64,000 bases of DNA from an uncultured Ilyobacter sp. (GCA_963668015.2 CAXXCR010000012.1:162892-226891), one strand, 5' to 3'. Numbered from the stretch's first letter, positions 1-9,525 are shown. Numbers and translations are program-made. The notes: generated by a model from the letters alone, not told the origin.

Positions 1-468
1 ATTCTAAAAAGAATAAAATAATATCTTTTTCTGATCAAGTTGTTCTAGCTTGACTACTCTTGATCTCGTAAAGAACAAAAATGAATCATTTTAGAACACG
101 AAAAGTATAGAATATAAATTTGAAAATGTAAAGCATTTTTTTGTTTAAATTTTTAGTTTTCATTTGCAGAGGTTAAAAAAGCCCGTATTTACAAGGGTTA
201 TTCGCATTAAAAAAAAAATAAAAAAATGCTTTACAAATGAGTCGGAATGATGTAAACTTTAATCAAAACTGACAATAAGTGTGCGCGAACACATAAAATT
301 TTTAGCATCTTTGAGGAAAATCTGCTACTTAAAAATATATTGAATTTTAAATATGGTTCCATACAGAATAATTTAAAATTAAAGGTATTTTTGAACGGTC
401 TTAAAACAGTTTATATTTTAATTTTTACAATATAAAAACTAAAACGATATAAAATAAGGAGGAGTAAA

Positions 469-1488
469 ATGAAAGTATTTAAAGTTGGAATTATCGGAGC
501 TGGAAGAATAGGGAAGGTTCATGCAGAGAGTCTTTGCTACCATGTTCCAAACGCAGAGGTTAAAGCTATCGCAGATCCGTTCTTAAACGAAGCTACTAAA
601 GAGTGGGCAAAATCATTAGGAATTGAGAATGCTTACACAGATCACAAGGATATCTTGAGCGATCCTGAAATCGATGCTGTATTCGTTTGTTCTTCAACAG
701 ACACTCACTCTCAAATATCAATAGAGTCTATGGAAGCTGGGAAACACGTATTCTGTGAAAAACCAATCGATTTCGATTTAGACAGAATCGCAAAAGTACT
801 AGAAACTGTAGAAAAAACAGGAGTTAAATTCCAAGTTGGATTCAACAGAAGATTTGACCACAACTTCAAAACAGTTCAAGAAACTGTAGCGGCTGGAAAA
901 ATTGGAGATCCTCATATGATCAAAATCTCGTCAAGAGATCCTCAAGCTCCACCAGTATCTTACGTAAAAGTATCAGGAGGAATATTCCTAGATATGACAA
1001 TCCATGATTTCGACATGGTTAGATTCCTTTCTGGAAGCGAAGTTACAGAAGTTCATGCATACGGAGCAGTATTAGTAGATGAAGGAATAGGAGAAGCTGG
1101 AGACATTGATACAGCAATAGTTACTATGAAACTTGAAAATGGTGCAATGGCTGTAATCGACAACAGCAGACAAGCATTATACGGATATGACCAAAGAGCT
1201 GAAGTATTCGGATCTTTAGGTATGGTAGAAGCGTTAAACGACCAACCATCTACAGCAGTTATCTCAACAGCAGAAGGAACTAAATCAGAGTGTATCAAAA
1301 GTGCTCTTTTAGATAGATACCTTCAAGCATATGTTGACGAAGCAAAAGCATTCATCGAAGCAGTTGCTGAAGATAAAGAAGTATCAGTACAAGGAATCGA
1401 CGGACTTAAACCAGTTCTTATTGGTCTAGCTGCAACAAAATCGTTAAAAGAAGGAAGACCAGTAAAAATTTCTGAAATAGAAAAATAA
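469..1488 (+). CDS. iolG: Gfo/Idh/MocA-family NAD-dependent oxidoreductase, myo-inositol 2-dehydrogenase-like
   Basis: 339-aa ORF preceded by AAGGAGGAG RBS. N-terminal Rossmann motif GIIGAGRIGKVH, EKP motif (FCEKPI) and GFNRRFD motif are typical of IolG/Gfo-Idh-MocA enzymes. Confidence 0.7.
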   Translation: MKVFKVGIIGAGRIGKVHAESLCYHVPNAEVKAIADPFLNEATKEWAKSLGIENAYTDHKDILSDPEIDAVFVCSSTDTHSQISIESMEAGKHVFCEKPIDFDLDRIAKVLETVEKTGVKFQVGFNRRFDHNFKTVQETVAAGKIGDPHMIKISSRDPQAPPVSYVKVSGGIFLDMTIHDFDMVRFLSGSEVTEVHAYGAVLVDEGIGEAGDIDTAIVTMKLENGAMAVIDNSRQALYGYDQRAEVFGSLGMVEALNDQPSTAVISTAEGTKSECIKSALLDRYLQAYVDEAKAFIEAVAEDKEVSVQGIDGLKPVLIGLAATKSLKEGRPVKISEIEK

Positions 1489-1516
1489 GAAGAAAGAATT
1501 AAGAGAGGTGAAAAAA

Positions 1517-2299
1517 ATGAAAACATCAGCTTGTATAGAAACACTATTTACAGAGCTACCTTGGAACGAAAGATTTAAAGCTGCCAAAGAAGCAGGATTC
1601 GACTACATAGAATTCTGGAGCTGGACAGATAAAGACTTAGATGAGTTAAAAAGACTTGCTGAAGAAGCAGGAATAGGGATCAGCGGATTCAACGGAGATG
1701 CTGACTACTCGCTAGTAGACCCAACTCACAAAGAAAAATACCTAGACTTCCTAAAGCAGTCAATAGAAGCAGCGAAAAAAATCGGAGCAGAAAGTGTAAC
1801 AATCCACTCGAACGCTTTAGGAGACGGCGGAATTGTTGTAGAGCATTACACAGACTTATCAGAAACTGTAAAACTTTGCTCAATGTTCGATATGTTAAAA
1901 GAAGTGGCTGTAATAGCAGAAGAAAGTGGGATCACTTGTAACCTTGAAGGGTTAAACATTACAACAGACCATGTAGGAAACTACTTAAAAAACACACAAA
2001 TGGCGGCAGAGATTATCCGTTTAATCAACTCGCCAAAAGTAAAAATACTATATGATGTATACCATATGCAATTAAATGAAGGGTCTATCTGTGACACATT
2101 AACAAAATATGTGGACACAATAGGACACATCCATATTGCGGATGCACCAGGAAGACATGAGCCAGGAACAGGGGAGATCAACTACCCTAACGTGATAAAA
2201 CACCTAAGAAAATTAGGATGCGAAGCGAAAATAGGGTGCGAATTATTTCCTGCAGAAAACACAGAAAAAGCAGTAAAGGCTATAATGGATATTTTCTAA
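1517..2299 (+). CDS. Hydroxypyruvate isomerase-like / xylose-isomerase-like TIM-barrel family protein
   Basis: ORF track starts at GTG 1508. ATG 1517 is better spaced from the AGAGAGGTG RBS. Family assigned from overall resemblance to Hyi/IolI-type sugar isomerases (CIETLF..., IHIADAPGRHEPGTGEI). Confidence 0.7.
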   Translation: MKTSACIETLFTELPWNERFKAAKEAGFDYIEFWSWTDKDLDELKRLAEEAGIGISGFNGDADYSLVDPTHKEKYLDFLKQSIEAAKKIGAESVTIHSNALGDGGIVVEHYTDLSETVKLCSMFDMLKEVAVIAEESGITCNLEGLNITTDHVGNYLKNTQMAAEIIRLINSPKVKILYDVYHMQLNEGSICDTLTKYVDTIGHIHIADAPGRHEPGTGEINYPNVIKHLRKLGCEAKIGCELFPAENTEKAVKAIMDIF

Positions 2300-2324
2300 A
2301 TCTTGCATGGTCCAAATTTTAAAT

Positions 2325-2360
2325 AAAATAGGAGGAAAATATTATTCTCCTCCTATTTTT
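2325..2360 (+). terminator. Intrinsic terminator after the isomerase gene
   Basis: AAAATAGGAGGA (2325-2336) pairs with TCCTCCTATTTT (2348-2360), followed by a T-tract. Confidence 0.6.
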
Positions 2361-2580
2361 AAAAATTAGAATTTATTCAGTATGGGAACAGGAGCATTTG
2401 CAAGGTCTGATGTTTCAGTGACTTCAATATAGAAACTTTCTCAAGTTTAAGAGTATAAATGAACTATTTTAGAGTTGAATGAATAAAAATTTTGAAGTGA
2501 CTAAAGTATGGGATCTTTTGAAATAAATAATTACTGTAATTTGGCAGTTTTCTTAAAATGATAAAGGAGAAAAAAGTTCT

Positions 2581-3519
2581 ATGAAAAGGAAAATATTCTT
2601 AATCCTTGTAGTAATGTTCTTGAATTTTTCTTTTGTTGGGTGTGGCGAAAAATATTATGGAAAAATTAAAATAGGGGTTACTTTAGGAAATTTTGAAGAT
2701 ACCTTTATATTAAGTTTAAAAAATTATATAGATTCTTATGTGAAATCAGAATATGCCGATGAAGTAGAAGTTGTTTTTGCCGATGCCAAAGATGACGATT
2801 GTATTCAAATTGGTCAGGTTGAGAATTTTATTGCACAACAAGTAAATGTGGTGATAATCTTGCCAGTGAACACAGAGCGTACAGATCCTATGACTTTAGC
2901 CTGTAAGGAAGCTAAGATCCCTGTTGTATATTTAAACAGGGAACCAAGAAAACTAGGAGACTATGTTTTTTACATTGGTTCTGATGAAAAACAAGCAGGA
3001 AAACTTCAAGGGGAATATATAGCGAAGGCGCTTAACGGCAAAGGGAATATAGCCATATTGATGGGGCAATTGGATACAGAATCTACTTTCAAGAGGACAG
3101 AAGGAGTAGAAGAAGCAGTTCGGGATTATCCAAATATAAAAATTGTAAAAAAGCAAACGGGAAATTGGAAAAAGTCTTTGAGTATGTATATCACGAAACA
3201 CTGGTTTTTAAGCGGTAGCAAAATAGACGCTATTATATCAAATAATGATGAGATGGCAATTGGTGCGATAAGATATTTAGAGGGGGCAGGAAAATTAGAC
3301 AAGACCAAGATTCTTGGGATAGATGCAACCTTGGATGCGATTGCTGATTTGGAAGCTGAACGTATTACTGCTACAGTATTCCAAAATGGTAAAGTTCAAG
3401 CAGAGGGAGCTGTAGATAAAGCTGTAAAAGTTGTTAAAGGTGAAAGTGTGGATCAGATAACTTGGATACCGTTTCAATTAGTGACAAAAGATATTTACAA
3501 AGATATAGTTGTCAGATAA
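2581..3519 (+). CDS. Periplasmic sugar-binding lipoprotein (ABC-type substrate-binding protein, RbsB/MglB-like fold)
   Basis: 312 aa. Signal peptide with lipobox (FSFVGC). Periplasmic-binding-protein type I pattern (AIISNNDEMAIGAI, GIDATLDA). No permease or ATPase gene adjacent. Confidence 0.75.
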   Translation: MKRKIFLILVVMFLNFSFVGCGEKYYGKIKIGVTLGNFEDTFILSLKNYIDSYVKSEYADEVEVVFADAKDDDCIQIGQVENFIAQQVNVVIILPVNTERTDPMTLACKEAKIPVVYLNREPRKLGDYVFYIGSDEKQAGKLQGEYIAKALNGKGNIAILMGQLDTESTFKRTEGVEEAVRDYPNIKIVKKQTGNWKKSLSMYITKHWFLSGSKIDAIISNNDEMAIGAIRYLEGAGKLDKTKILGIDATLDAIADLEAERITATVFQNGKVQAEGAVDKAVKVVKGESVDQITWIPFQLVTKDIYKDIVVR

Positions 3520-3597
3520 TAATTATAAGCTAATACTCTAATTTTAAATAAAATCAACCCATGAAGAAAGAGGAGTACAGCCCCTCTTTACTCCCTG

Positions 3598-3626
3598 AAA
3601 AAGGTAGGTTCGTCCCCTACTTTTTT
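3598..3626 (+). terminator. Intrinsic terminator after the binding-protein gene
   Basis: AAAAAGGTAGG / CCTACTTTTTT hairpin with one bulge and a T6 tail. Preceded by a second hairpin, AAAGAGG (3567-3573) / CCTCTTT (3583-3589). Confidence 0.6.
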
Positions 3627-3738
3627 CACGTTGTATGAAAAAATGAACGAATAAGATTATTAGTTGGTATAGGAAAAGATTCGTTAAAGGGGACTTAAAT
3701 TAAAATTGGGATAAAATAGTTTTCGTATCTGTTATAAG

Positions 3739-3761
3739 AACTAGCAATAGCTAGTTTTTTT
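3739..3761 (+). terminator. Orphan terminator-like hairpin with no ORF upstream
   Basis: AACTAGC (3739-3745), loop AATA, GCTAGTT (3750-3756), then a T-run reaching 3761. Lies about 110 nt after the previous terminator. Confidence 0.4.
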
Positions 3762-4161
3762 ATTTTATATTTTGTAAAGAATGTGTGTTGCAGAGGCTGC
3801 ATATTTTAATAATTGACAAAGACAATCCAGCTTGTGACTTTACGATACACTTGATTAAAAAGTATTATTTTTTAATCTTATAACAATAATCATATATTAT
3901 TTTTTACTAACTTTTAAGTTTTGGTTTAAAAAATATAAAAAGAATAACGCTGCAGTACTAATTTTTTAGTATAGATATTAGTGCTTAAGGTACCTTTAAA
4001 CAGTTGATTGTTTATGAGGAGGTTTGTGTGTGTACTAAAAAAATATACAGTTGGCATAAAATTAAAGGAAGATTAACAAAAAAAACCTTGAACTATTACC
4101 TGGAATTTGCTACACTTATACTAAGTTTTTAGACGAAGAAAAATATAGGAGGAAATACTTT

Positions 4162-5343
4162 ATGAAGAAATTAGGATTATTGCCAAGGCTGTTTGCTGCT
4201 ATTTTAGCGGGTATAGTTTTGGGAAGTACGGGAATAGTTCCGTTGGTAAAAATTATGGCAACTTTCAACTCTATATTCGGAAATTTTCTAGGGTTTGTAA
4301 TCCCTTTAATTATAGTTGGATTTGTGGCACCAGGTATAGCTGATCTTGGAAAAAAAGCTAATAATATATTTTTGTCTACAGTTGCACTGGCGTATACCTC
4401 TACAGTAGTTGCAGGACTTCTGGCATTTTTTACTGGTAAAACACTGCTTCCTAAAGTTGTGGATAAATTAGGTGTGTTGAGTGAGCAGGGTGGAACGAAA
4501 ATAACCCCTTACTTCACGATTGAGATGCCTGCTGTTATGGGTGTTATGACTGCTTTGGTTCTTGCATTCGTTTTAGGACTAGGTATGGCAAATCTAAAAG
4601 AAAAAAATCTATTTAATGCTATGTCAGATCTGCAAAAAGTTATCAGCGGACTTATATCTAAATTTGTAATACCTTTGATACCGGTACATATAGCTGGTAT
4701 ATTTTCAAAGATTACTGCCGAAGGAAAACTTTTCCCTACAATAAAGGCGTTTTCTTCGATATTTGCACTGATATTATTGCTGCAAGCTTCTTACGTTGTG
4801 ATTCAATATGTTATTGTAAATGTTTATACAGGAAAATCTCTGGTTAAATCTATTAAAAATATGCTTCCTGCATACTTTACTGCAATAGGAACTCAGTCTT
4901 CAGCAGCTACAATACCTGTAAGTTTAGAGTGTTCTAGAAACAACGAGGTTGAAGAAGACGTAGTCGATTTCGTAGTACCTCTTTGTGCTACAATACATCT
5001 TGCTGGTGATACAATTGCGCTTGTTGTTGGAAGTATGGGGTTCTTGATGGGAATGGGTGTTGACCCTACGCTGTCTATGATGTTCCCGTTCATCCTGATG
5101 CTGGGGGTAACAATGGTAGCAGCTCCTGGAATTCCTGGCGGAGGAGTAATGGCTGCTCTAGGATTACTTGAAAATATGCTTTCGTTGGGAGCGTCACAGC
5201 AAGCACTTATGATAGCGCTGCATTTCTCACAAGACAGTTTCGGAACAGCTACAAATGTAACTGGTGATGGAGCAATAGCTCTCATAGTAAATAAAATATC
5301 TAAAAAAGCAAGCAAAGAAGAAGTGGATTTGGAAACAGCTTAA
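4162..5343 (+). CDS. Dicarboxylate/amino acid:cation symporter (DAACS) family transporter, SstT-like
   Basis: 393 aa and polytopic. AGGAGG RBS. Segments SSAATIPVSLEC... and LCATIHLAGDT resemble the conserved DAACS re-entrant loops. Confidence 0.75.
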   Translation: MKKLGLLPRLFAAILAGIVLGSTGIVPLVKIMATFNSIFGNFLGFVIPLIIVGFVAPGIADLGKKANNIFLSTVALAYTSTVVAGLLAFFTGKTLLPKVVDKLGVLSEQGGTKITPYFTIEMPAVMGVMTALVLAFVLGLGMANLKEKNLFNAMSDLQKVISGLISKFVIPLIPVHIAGIFSKITAEGKLFPTIKAFSSIFALILLLQASYVVIQYVIVNVYTGKSLVKSIKNMLPAYFTAIGTQSSAATIPVSLECSRNNEVEEDVVDFVVPLCATIHLAGDTIALVVGSMGFLMGMGVDPTLSMMFPFILMLGVTMVAAPGIPGGGVMAALGLLENMLSLGASQQALMIALHFSQDSFGTATNVTGDGAIALIVNKISKKASKEEVDLETA

Positions 5344-5346
5344 CAG

Positions 5347-5376
5347 GAGCCCATCGGGCTCTTGTTTTATTTTTTG
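5347..5376 (+). terminator. Intrinsic terminator
   Basis: GAGCCC-ATC-GGGCTC hairpin followed by TTGTTTTATTTTTT. Confidence 0.7.
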
Positions 5377-5398
5377 TTTGTGGAGTTGTTTTTTAGAT

Positions 5399-5974
5399 AA
5401 ATTACTGAATTGTTATACTTTCTTTGCTTGTCCAAAGCACCTACAGGTATTCACTCCCTTTGTTCGATCAAAGTACCAAAGAAATGACACCCGTAAGATT
5501 AATGAAACTTGTAAAAATAAATTTTACAAGGATTAGAAAATATATTCGTTTCTCTCATTATTTTCCAAGTCTACTCACTTCCGAACTAACTTTCTATTGA
5601 AATATAGTCGGCAAGCCTCTTTATTTCAATGAAAGTGGATTTCAGAAGATGATTTCTTAACGTAATTTTTTAAATGGGTTGAGGTTCAATACTGTAAAAG
5701 CTTCTATATTTCGGCCATTGAAAACATCAGCGTTAAGAAAGATCGAGAAAAAATCTTTAGAAAAGTTTTAGTGTCTGAAGGCGTGATTTTCGCCAAGTTT
5801 GGCCAAAAATCAAAGAACAAAGTGATTATGATTTGTGAGCCCTCAGAAAATCATTTTCTGAGTTTTACCCAGATTTTCGAGAGATTTTAGCTGATTTTTC
5901 ACAGGCCTGGATTTTTCTTTGTTACTTTCTTTTCATCAGGAAAAGAAAGTAAGCTTCTCATAAATTCAGTATTT
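5399..5974. repeat. Hairpin-dense noncoding island bounded by inverted TACTGAATT motifs
   Basis: No ORF. Perfect or near-perfect hairpins at 5508-5530, 5589-5636, 5842-5862 and 5922-5952, plus a 10-bp inverted repeat (5653-5662 / 5731-5740). Left end AATTACTGAATT (5400-5411) is identical to the start of the repeat at 48112-48123. Right end AAATTCAGTATTT (5962-5974) is its inverted form. Confidence 0.35.
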
Positions 5975-6134
5975 GTTCAGAAGTTTAAACAAATGTTTAA
6001 ATGCAAAAAGTATTTTACGAAGACTTGTCTGAGGTAATAAAAAACTTTATTGTGGGTTTGAATTATGATATACTTTGTAGTGGAGTATTTTGCTTTAAAT
6101 ACTTAAAATCATACTTTGAGAGAGTGGTGTTGAT

Positions 6135-9100
6135 ATGTCTAAAAAGTTAAATTTTGGACTTCTTTTTTTATTGGGATCTATGACTTTTTCACAGGAAAAT
6201 ATGGAAACCACATCTTTTGTTGACGAGGTTACCATAGACCTGAAAGATGAGAAGATTACAGCAGAGGGCGGAGTAAACTTTAAATTTGATAATATAAGAT
6301 TGAAAGCGTATGAAATTGACAGAGACACAGAGAATAACATTGTGGAAGCCAGAAAGGATGTCATCGCTCAGATAAAGGAGGAGAATTCTGACGTAAAATT
6401 CGAAACAGGTTCATTGAAGTTAGACCTCAATGAAAAGAAGTTTTATTTTGCAGACGGCCTTGGTAGACTTAAGGTGGATACAGGGGCGGAAGCTTCAGAT
6501 GACAAGATATATTTCGGAGGTAAAAGTGGGGAAGGTACTGAAGAAAAAGTTACAGTAAAAGACGCTTGGATGACTACAACAAGAAAAGTACTGGAAGTGG
6601 AGGACCCTAAAGATTCGCAGTACCATATAGCTGCATCGGAGATAGTTGTTGAGCCGAATGAAAAGGCAAGCTTCTATGACAACAGGCTTTATATAGGAGA
6701 CAGAGAGATACTGTGGTTGCCATGGTACTCGATAAACCTTAGGCCTGGATCCGAAGTCCCACTTTTCCCAGTTTTTGGATCGGATGAGGATTATGGTTTC
6801 TATACCAGTTGGGGTCTGATTTACGGGAAAAACAGCAGATTTTTTAAAGGCGGGATAGCACCTAAGTTTGCAGACGAACTGGGGCTTTTGATAGGAAGAT
6901 TTGAAAACAGGTGGCAGCCAACAGACAAAACTTGGGGGCAGCTCAACTTGACTGATACACTGGTGTATAAAAAGGACAGTGATATAGACGACAGATGGGA
7001 TATGGACTATACACAGGTCTATGAAAGTAGTGGAGGAGACATCGAGTTTTCATATAGGAATGTCACAGCCAACAACTGGGAGCAGCTTGAGAAGTTAAGG
7101 GATGAAAAAGAGGATGACGGCGAGTATACAGAGAGTGATCCGAGACCTAGTGGATCTGAAAATATTCAGTTCTACACTCTGGATTCGGATGTAAAAGGTG
7201 CTGGATCCGGAAAAGATATAGATTTCTACAGCAGTATGTATCTTGTAGATGAAAAGGATATACTGCAGGAAGTGGTGGACGATGAACTAGAAGATGCGAG
7301 TTATTTAAGTGTTTCCGACCACGACCTATATACAGATTTGGAGTTTAAAAAGGATAATGATGATTATGCTGTTTCGGCCAACTACCATTACCTAGACGAC
7401 TTGGATGCCGGGTCTAGCCCCGAAGACCTTCAGTCAAAAAGGGAGGACTTCGGATTTGGCATAGAGTTGAAAGATTATAAGTTTTCAGCCAAGTACTCCG
7501 AAGAAAACGGCGACGAGTACAGGGGATTAAGGTACTGGGAAAGAGACCCCAACTTAAAGGAGCTTTTGGAGCTAGATTATGTTCCTTGGACAGTTCCTCT
7601 ATACGACGAAGCTGAATCGAAAAAATCCGAGTTAAAGTTAGGAGAATACGGATTTTTAGGTACTGAGCTTAGCCTTGACTATGAAAATAAACACGAGGAG
7701 AAAACCCTGAATACAGATGACGACTCTCTAAGGGGCTTTGATACTGAGAACGAAAGGGACAGCCAGTATAACAGATTTGAAGACCTTGTTTATAAAAATG
7801 TGGACGAAGAGAGTTTCGGCGGCACAGTTTCTTACGACTCGCTGAAGTTGAGAGTGAGTACAGGTAGAACAGAAGAGGAGATCTGGGACAGAGAGGGGAT
7901 ATATTCCTATACAGACTTTGGAGCTGGTGATGCTTATGATGTCTATGAAAATGAATCTGACTTCGTACAGTTTCAGGTGGAAGAACAAGACCTGCCTCTA
8001 TGGGTTCTCGGTAGTCTGGGCGCAGGTTACACACTTAGAATGGACGAGTACGACGAAGGCGACGAAACTGAAAGGCATGAGTTCTACATTTCTCATAAAA
8101 AGAGCTTTGAAACCGGTGAAGACAGCAGTCTAGCTAACAGCTTCAAATATTCGGAGTCGTACAACCAATATTCTTTGGATGACAGGGATTCTGTGGACGT
8201 AGACGCTGATGAAGCTGCCAGACTGAAAAACAGGGATGATTATAAGCAGTATACAGACACCCTTGAATTTGAATTTGGTGAAAAGAGTGCAGCTTACACC
8301 TTTGACTACAAAGAGAGATTTGATCCATTCAGGGATGGTAAAGAGGGAGATGTTCTGGGGAACCAATTCAGGTTTGATTTTGGAGAAAATCACAGCTTAA
8401 ATCTAGCTAGCAACCTGGATAAAACTGATAAAAATGATTTCGAGAACTCCAAGGGCGAGATCTATGATATAGACTTAGACAGTAATGCTTACTCATTGGA
8501 GTATGAGTACGGCGGAAACAAAGTCTACTATAGGGGCGAGGAGATCGACTACGGTCTTATAGGTAAGAATGCAGATGCCACTGATGCAACGGATGATGTG
8601 GACGAAAATCTTTTGGAGGCTATTTACGGTTATGAACTTTCAAGAGGAGACGACAAGTGGAATTTTGAATATAAGGTAGGAGAGAGTGAAAGATATAACC
8701 TCAGCAGCGACGTTATCGATCTGGACAGCAAAAACAACGGTTACTCGGTATCCTACCTAGACGGTGGACAGGTAGAGAATTTTTATAAAATAAACTACGA
8801 GGTCTATGATAAACTAGAGGCTGACTATTTAGACGGAGACAAAAGCTATCAAGAAGACCTGGTATCTCTAAGATACGAGTACAGAAATAAAGGTGAGACT
8901 GAAGAAGGGGAAACTGCAAGAGTCGACCTTAAAAGTATAAGGGAAGAGGCTGCAGAACTTCCGGATTACAAGAACTTTTTTGCCGTATCTCTACTTGCTA
9001 GAAGACACAAGGAATATTACGATCAAAGCGGGGACTTCTTCGACAGTTTGAAGGAGAGCGAGGTCAGGCTGGAAGCCGGATATAACAGGCTGAAGCTTGG

Positions 9101-9515
9101 GTACGCCTTCGACCAAACGGCTGATTTCGAATACGGTGCCGGCGAATGGATAAAAACTGAAACCGAAAGGGAGCATGAGCTTGCCATGCAGACGAAAATA
9201 GGAGATCCTAGCAGATCTTGGAAGCTTAAACTATTTACCAGACTTGATGAAGACTCCGCAAAAGATGATGACGGAAAACTTTTTGACGAGTACGGGGTGG
9301 AACTTGGTAAAGAGAGAGAGTTTTACGAACTTTCGGTGGCGTTTAAAAATGAGTGGGACAAGACCACAGAGGATTACGAGTGGACGGTTTCGTTTGAATT
9401 TGCACTGTTGACATTCCCGAACATGCCGATATTCGGAGCTGAAAAGTCTTATGATGCAAGCTGGAGACCTTTGTTTATGGGTAGCGGAGTAGATATAGAC
9501 AGTTATGTGGATTAG
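6135..9515 (+). CDS. lptD: LPS-assembly outer-membrane protein LptD/OstA-like (oversized, highly acidic)
   Basis: 1126 aa with a signal peptide. N-terminal OstA-like segment (ITAEGGVNFKFDNIRLKAYEIDRD). LptD-type motif LWLPWYSINLRPGSEVPLFPVFGSDEDYGFYTSWGLIYG. Long alternating Y/D/E-rich stretches consistent with a beta-barrel. Confidence 0.75.
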   Translation: MSKKLNFGLLFLLGSMTFSQENMETTSFVDEVTIDLKDEKITAEGGVNFKFDNIRLKAYEIDRDTENNIVEARKDVIAQIKEENSDVKFETGSLKLDLNEKKFYFADGLGRLKVDTGAEASDDKIYFGGKSGEGTEEKVTVKDAWMTTTRKVLEVEDPKDSQYHIAASEIVVEPNEKASFYDNRLYIGDREILWLPWYSINLRPGSEVPLFPVFGSDEDYGFYTSWGLIYGKNSRFFKGGIAPKFADELGLLIGRFENRWQPTDKTWGQLNLTDTLVYKKDSDIDDRWDMDYTQVYESSGGDIEFSYRNVTANNWEQLEKLRDEKEDDGEYTESDPRPSGSENIQFYTLDSDVKGAGSGKDIDFYSSMYLVDEKDILQEVVDDELEDASYLSVSDHDLYTDLEFKKDNDDYAVSANYHYLDDLDAGSSPEDLQSKREDFGFGIELKDYKFSAKYSEENGDEYRGLRYWERDPNLKELLELDYVPWTVPLYDEAESKKSELKLGEYGFLGTELSLDYENKHEEKTLNTDDDSLRGFDTENERDSQYNRFEDLVYKNVDEESFGGTVSYDSLKLRVSTGRTEEEIWDREGIYSYTDFGAGDAYDVYENESDFVQFQVEEQDLPLWVLGSLGAGYTLRMDEYDEGDETERHEFYISHKKSFETGEDSSLANSFKYSESYNQYSLDDRDSVDVDADEAARLKNRDDYKQYTDTLEFEFGEKSAAYTFDYKERFDPFRDGKEGDVLGNQFRFDFGENHSLNLASNLDKTDKNDFENSKGEIYDIDLDSNAYSLEYEYGGNKVYYRGEEIDYGLIGKNADATDATDDVDENLLEAIYGYELSRGDDKWNFEYKVGESERYNLSSDVIDLDSKNNGYSVSYLDGGQVENFYKINYEVYDKLEADYLDGDKSYQEDLVSLRYEYRNKGETEEGETARVDLKSIREEAAELPDYKNFFAVSLLARRHKEYYDQSGDFFDSLKESEVRLEAGYNRLKLGYAFDQTADFEYGAGEWIKTETEREHELAMQTKIGDPSRSWKLKLFTRLDEDSAKDDDGKLFDEYGVELGKEREFYELSVAFKNEWDKTTEDYEWTVSFEFALLTFPNMPIFGAEKSYDASWRPLFMGSGVDIDSYVD

Positions 9516-9525
9516 GAATTATTTC

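Noticed and set aside
278-295. Operator-like imperfect palindrome TGTGCGCGAACACA upstream of the iolG-like gene
   Set aside because: Only the outer TGTG/CACA tetramers are symmetric. No regulator gene is present in the window, and the overlapping promoter boxes are weak. The evidence is too thin to call.
3598-3626. tRNA-like T-arm (GTAGG-TTCGTCC-CCTAC), and similarly GGGGGA-TTTGAA-TCCCCC at 61675-61692
   Set aside because: No acceptor, D or anticodon arms can be drawn around them. The loops do not fit the T-loop consensus. Both are followed by T-tracts directly after a stop codon, so they are ordinary terminators.
5399-5974. Reading the whole 0.6-kb island as one giant imperfect palindrome centred near 5690
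   Set aside because: Only the outermost 9-mers and one 10-bp pair (5653-5662 / 5731-5740) are symmetric about that centre. The other strong stems are local hairpins within each half, so a single cruciform is not supported.
5399-5974. CRISPR array or other regularly spaced repeat
   Set aside because: There is no repeated unit with constant spacing. The hairpins all differ in sequence, and no cas genes occur in the window.
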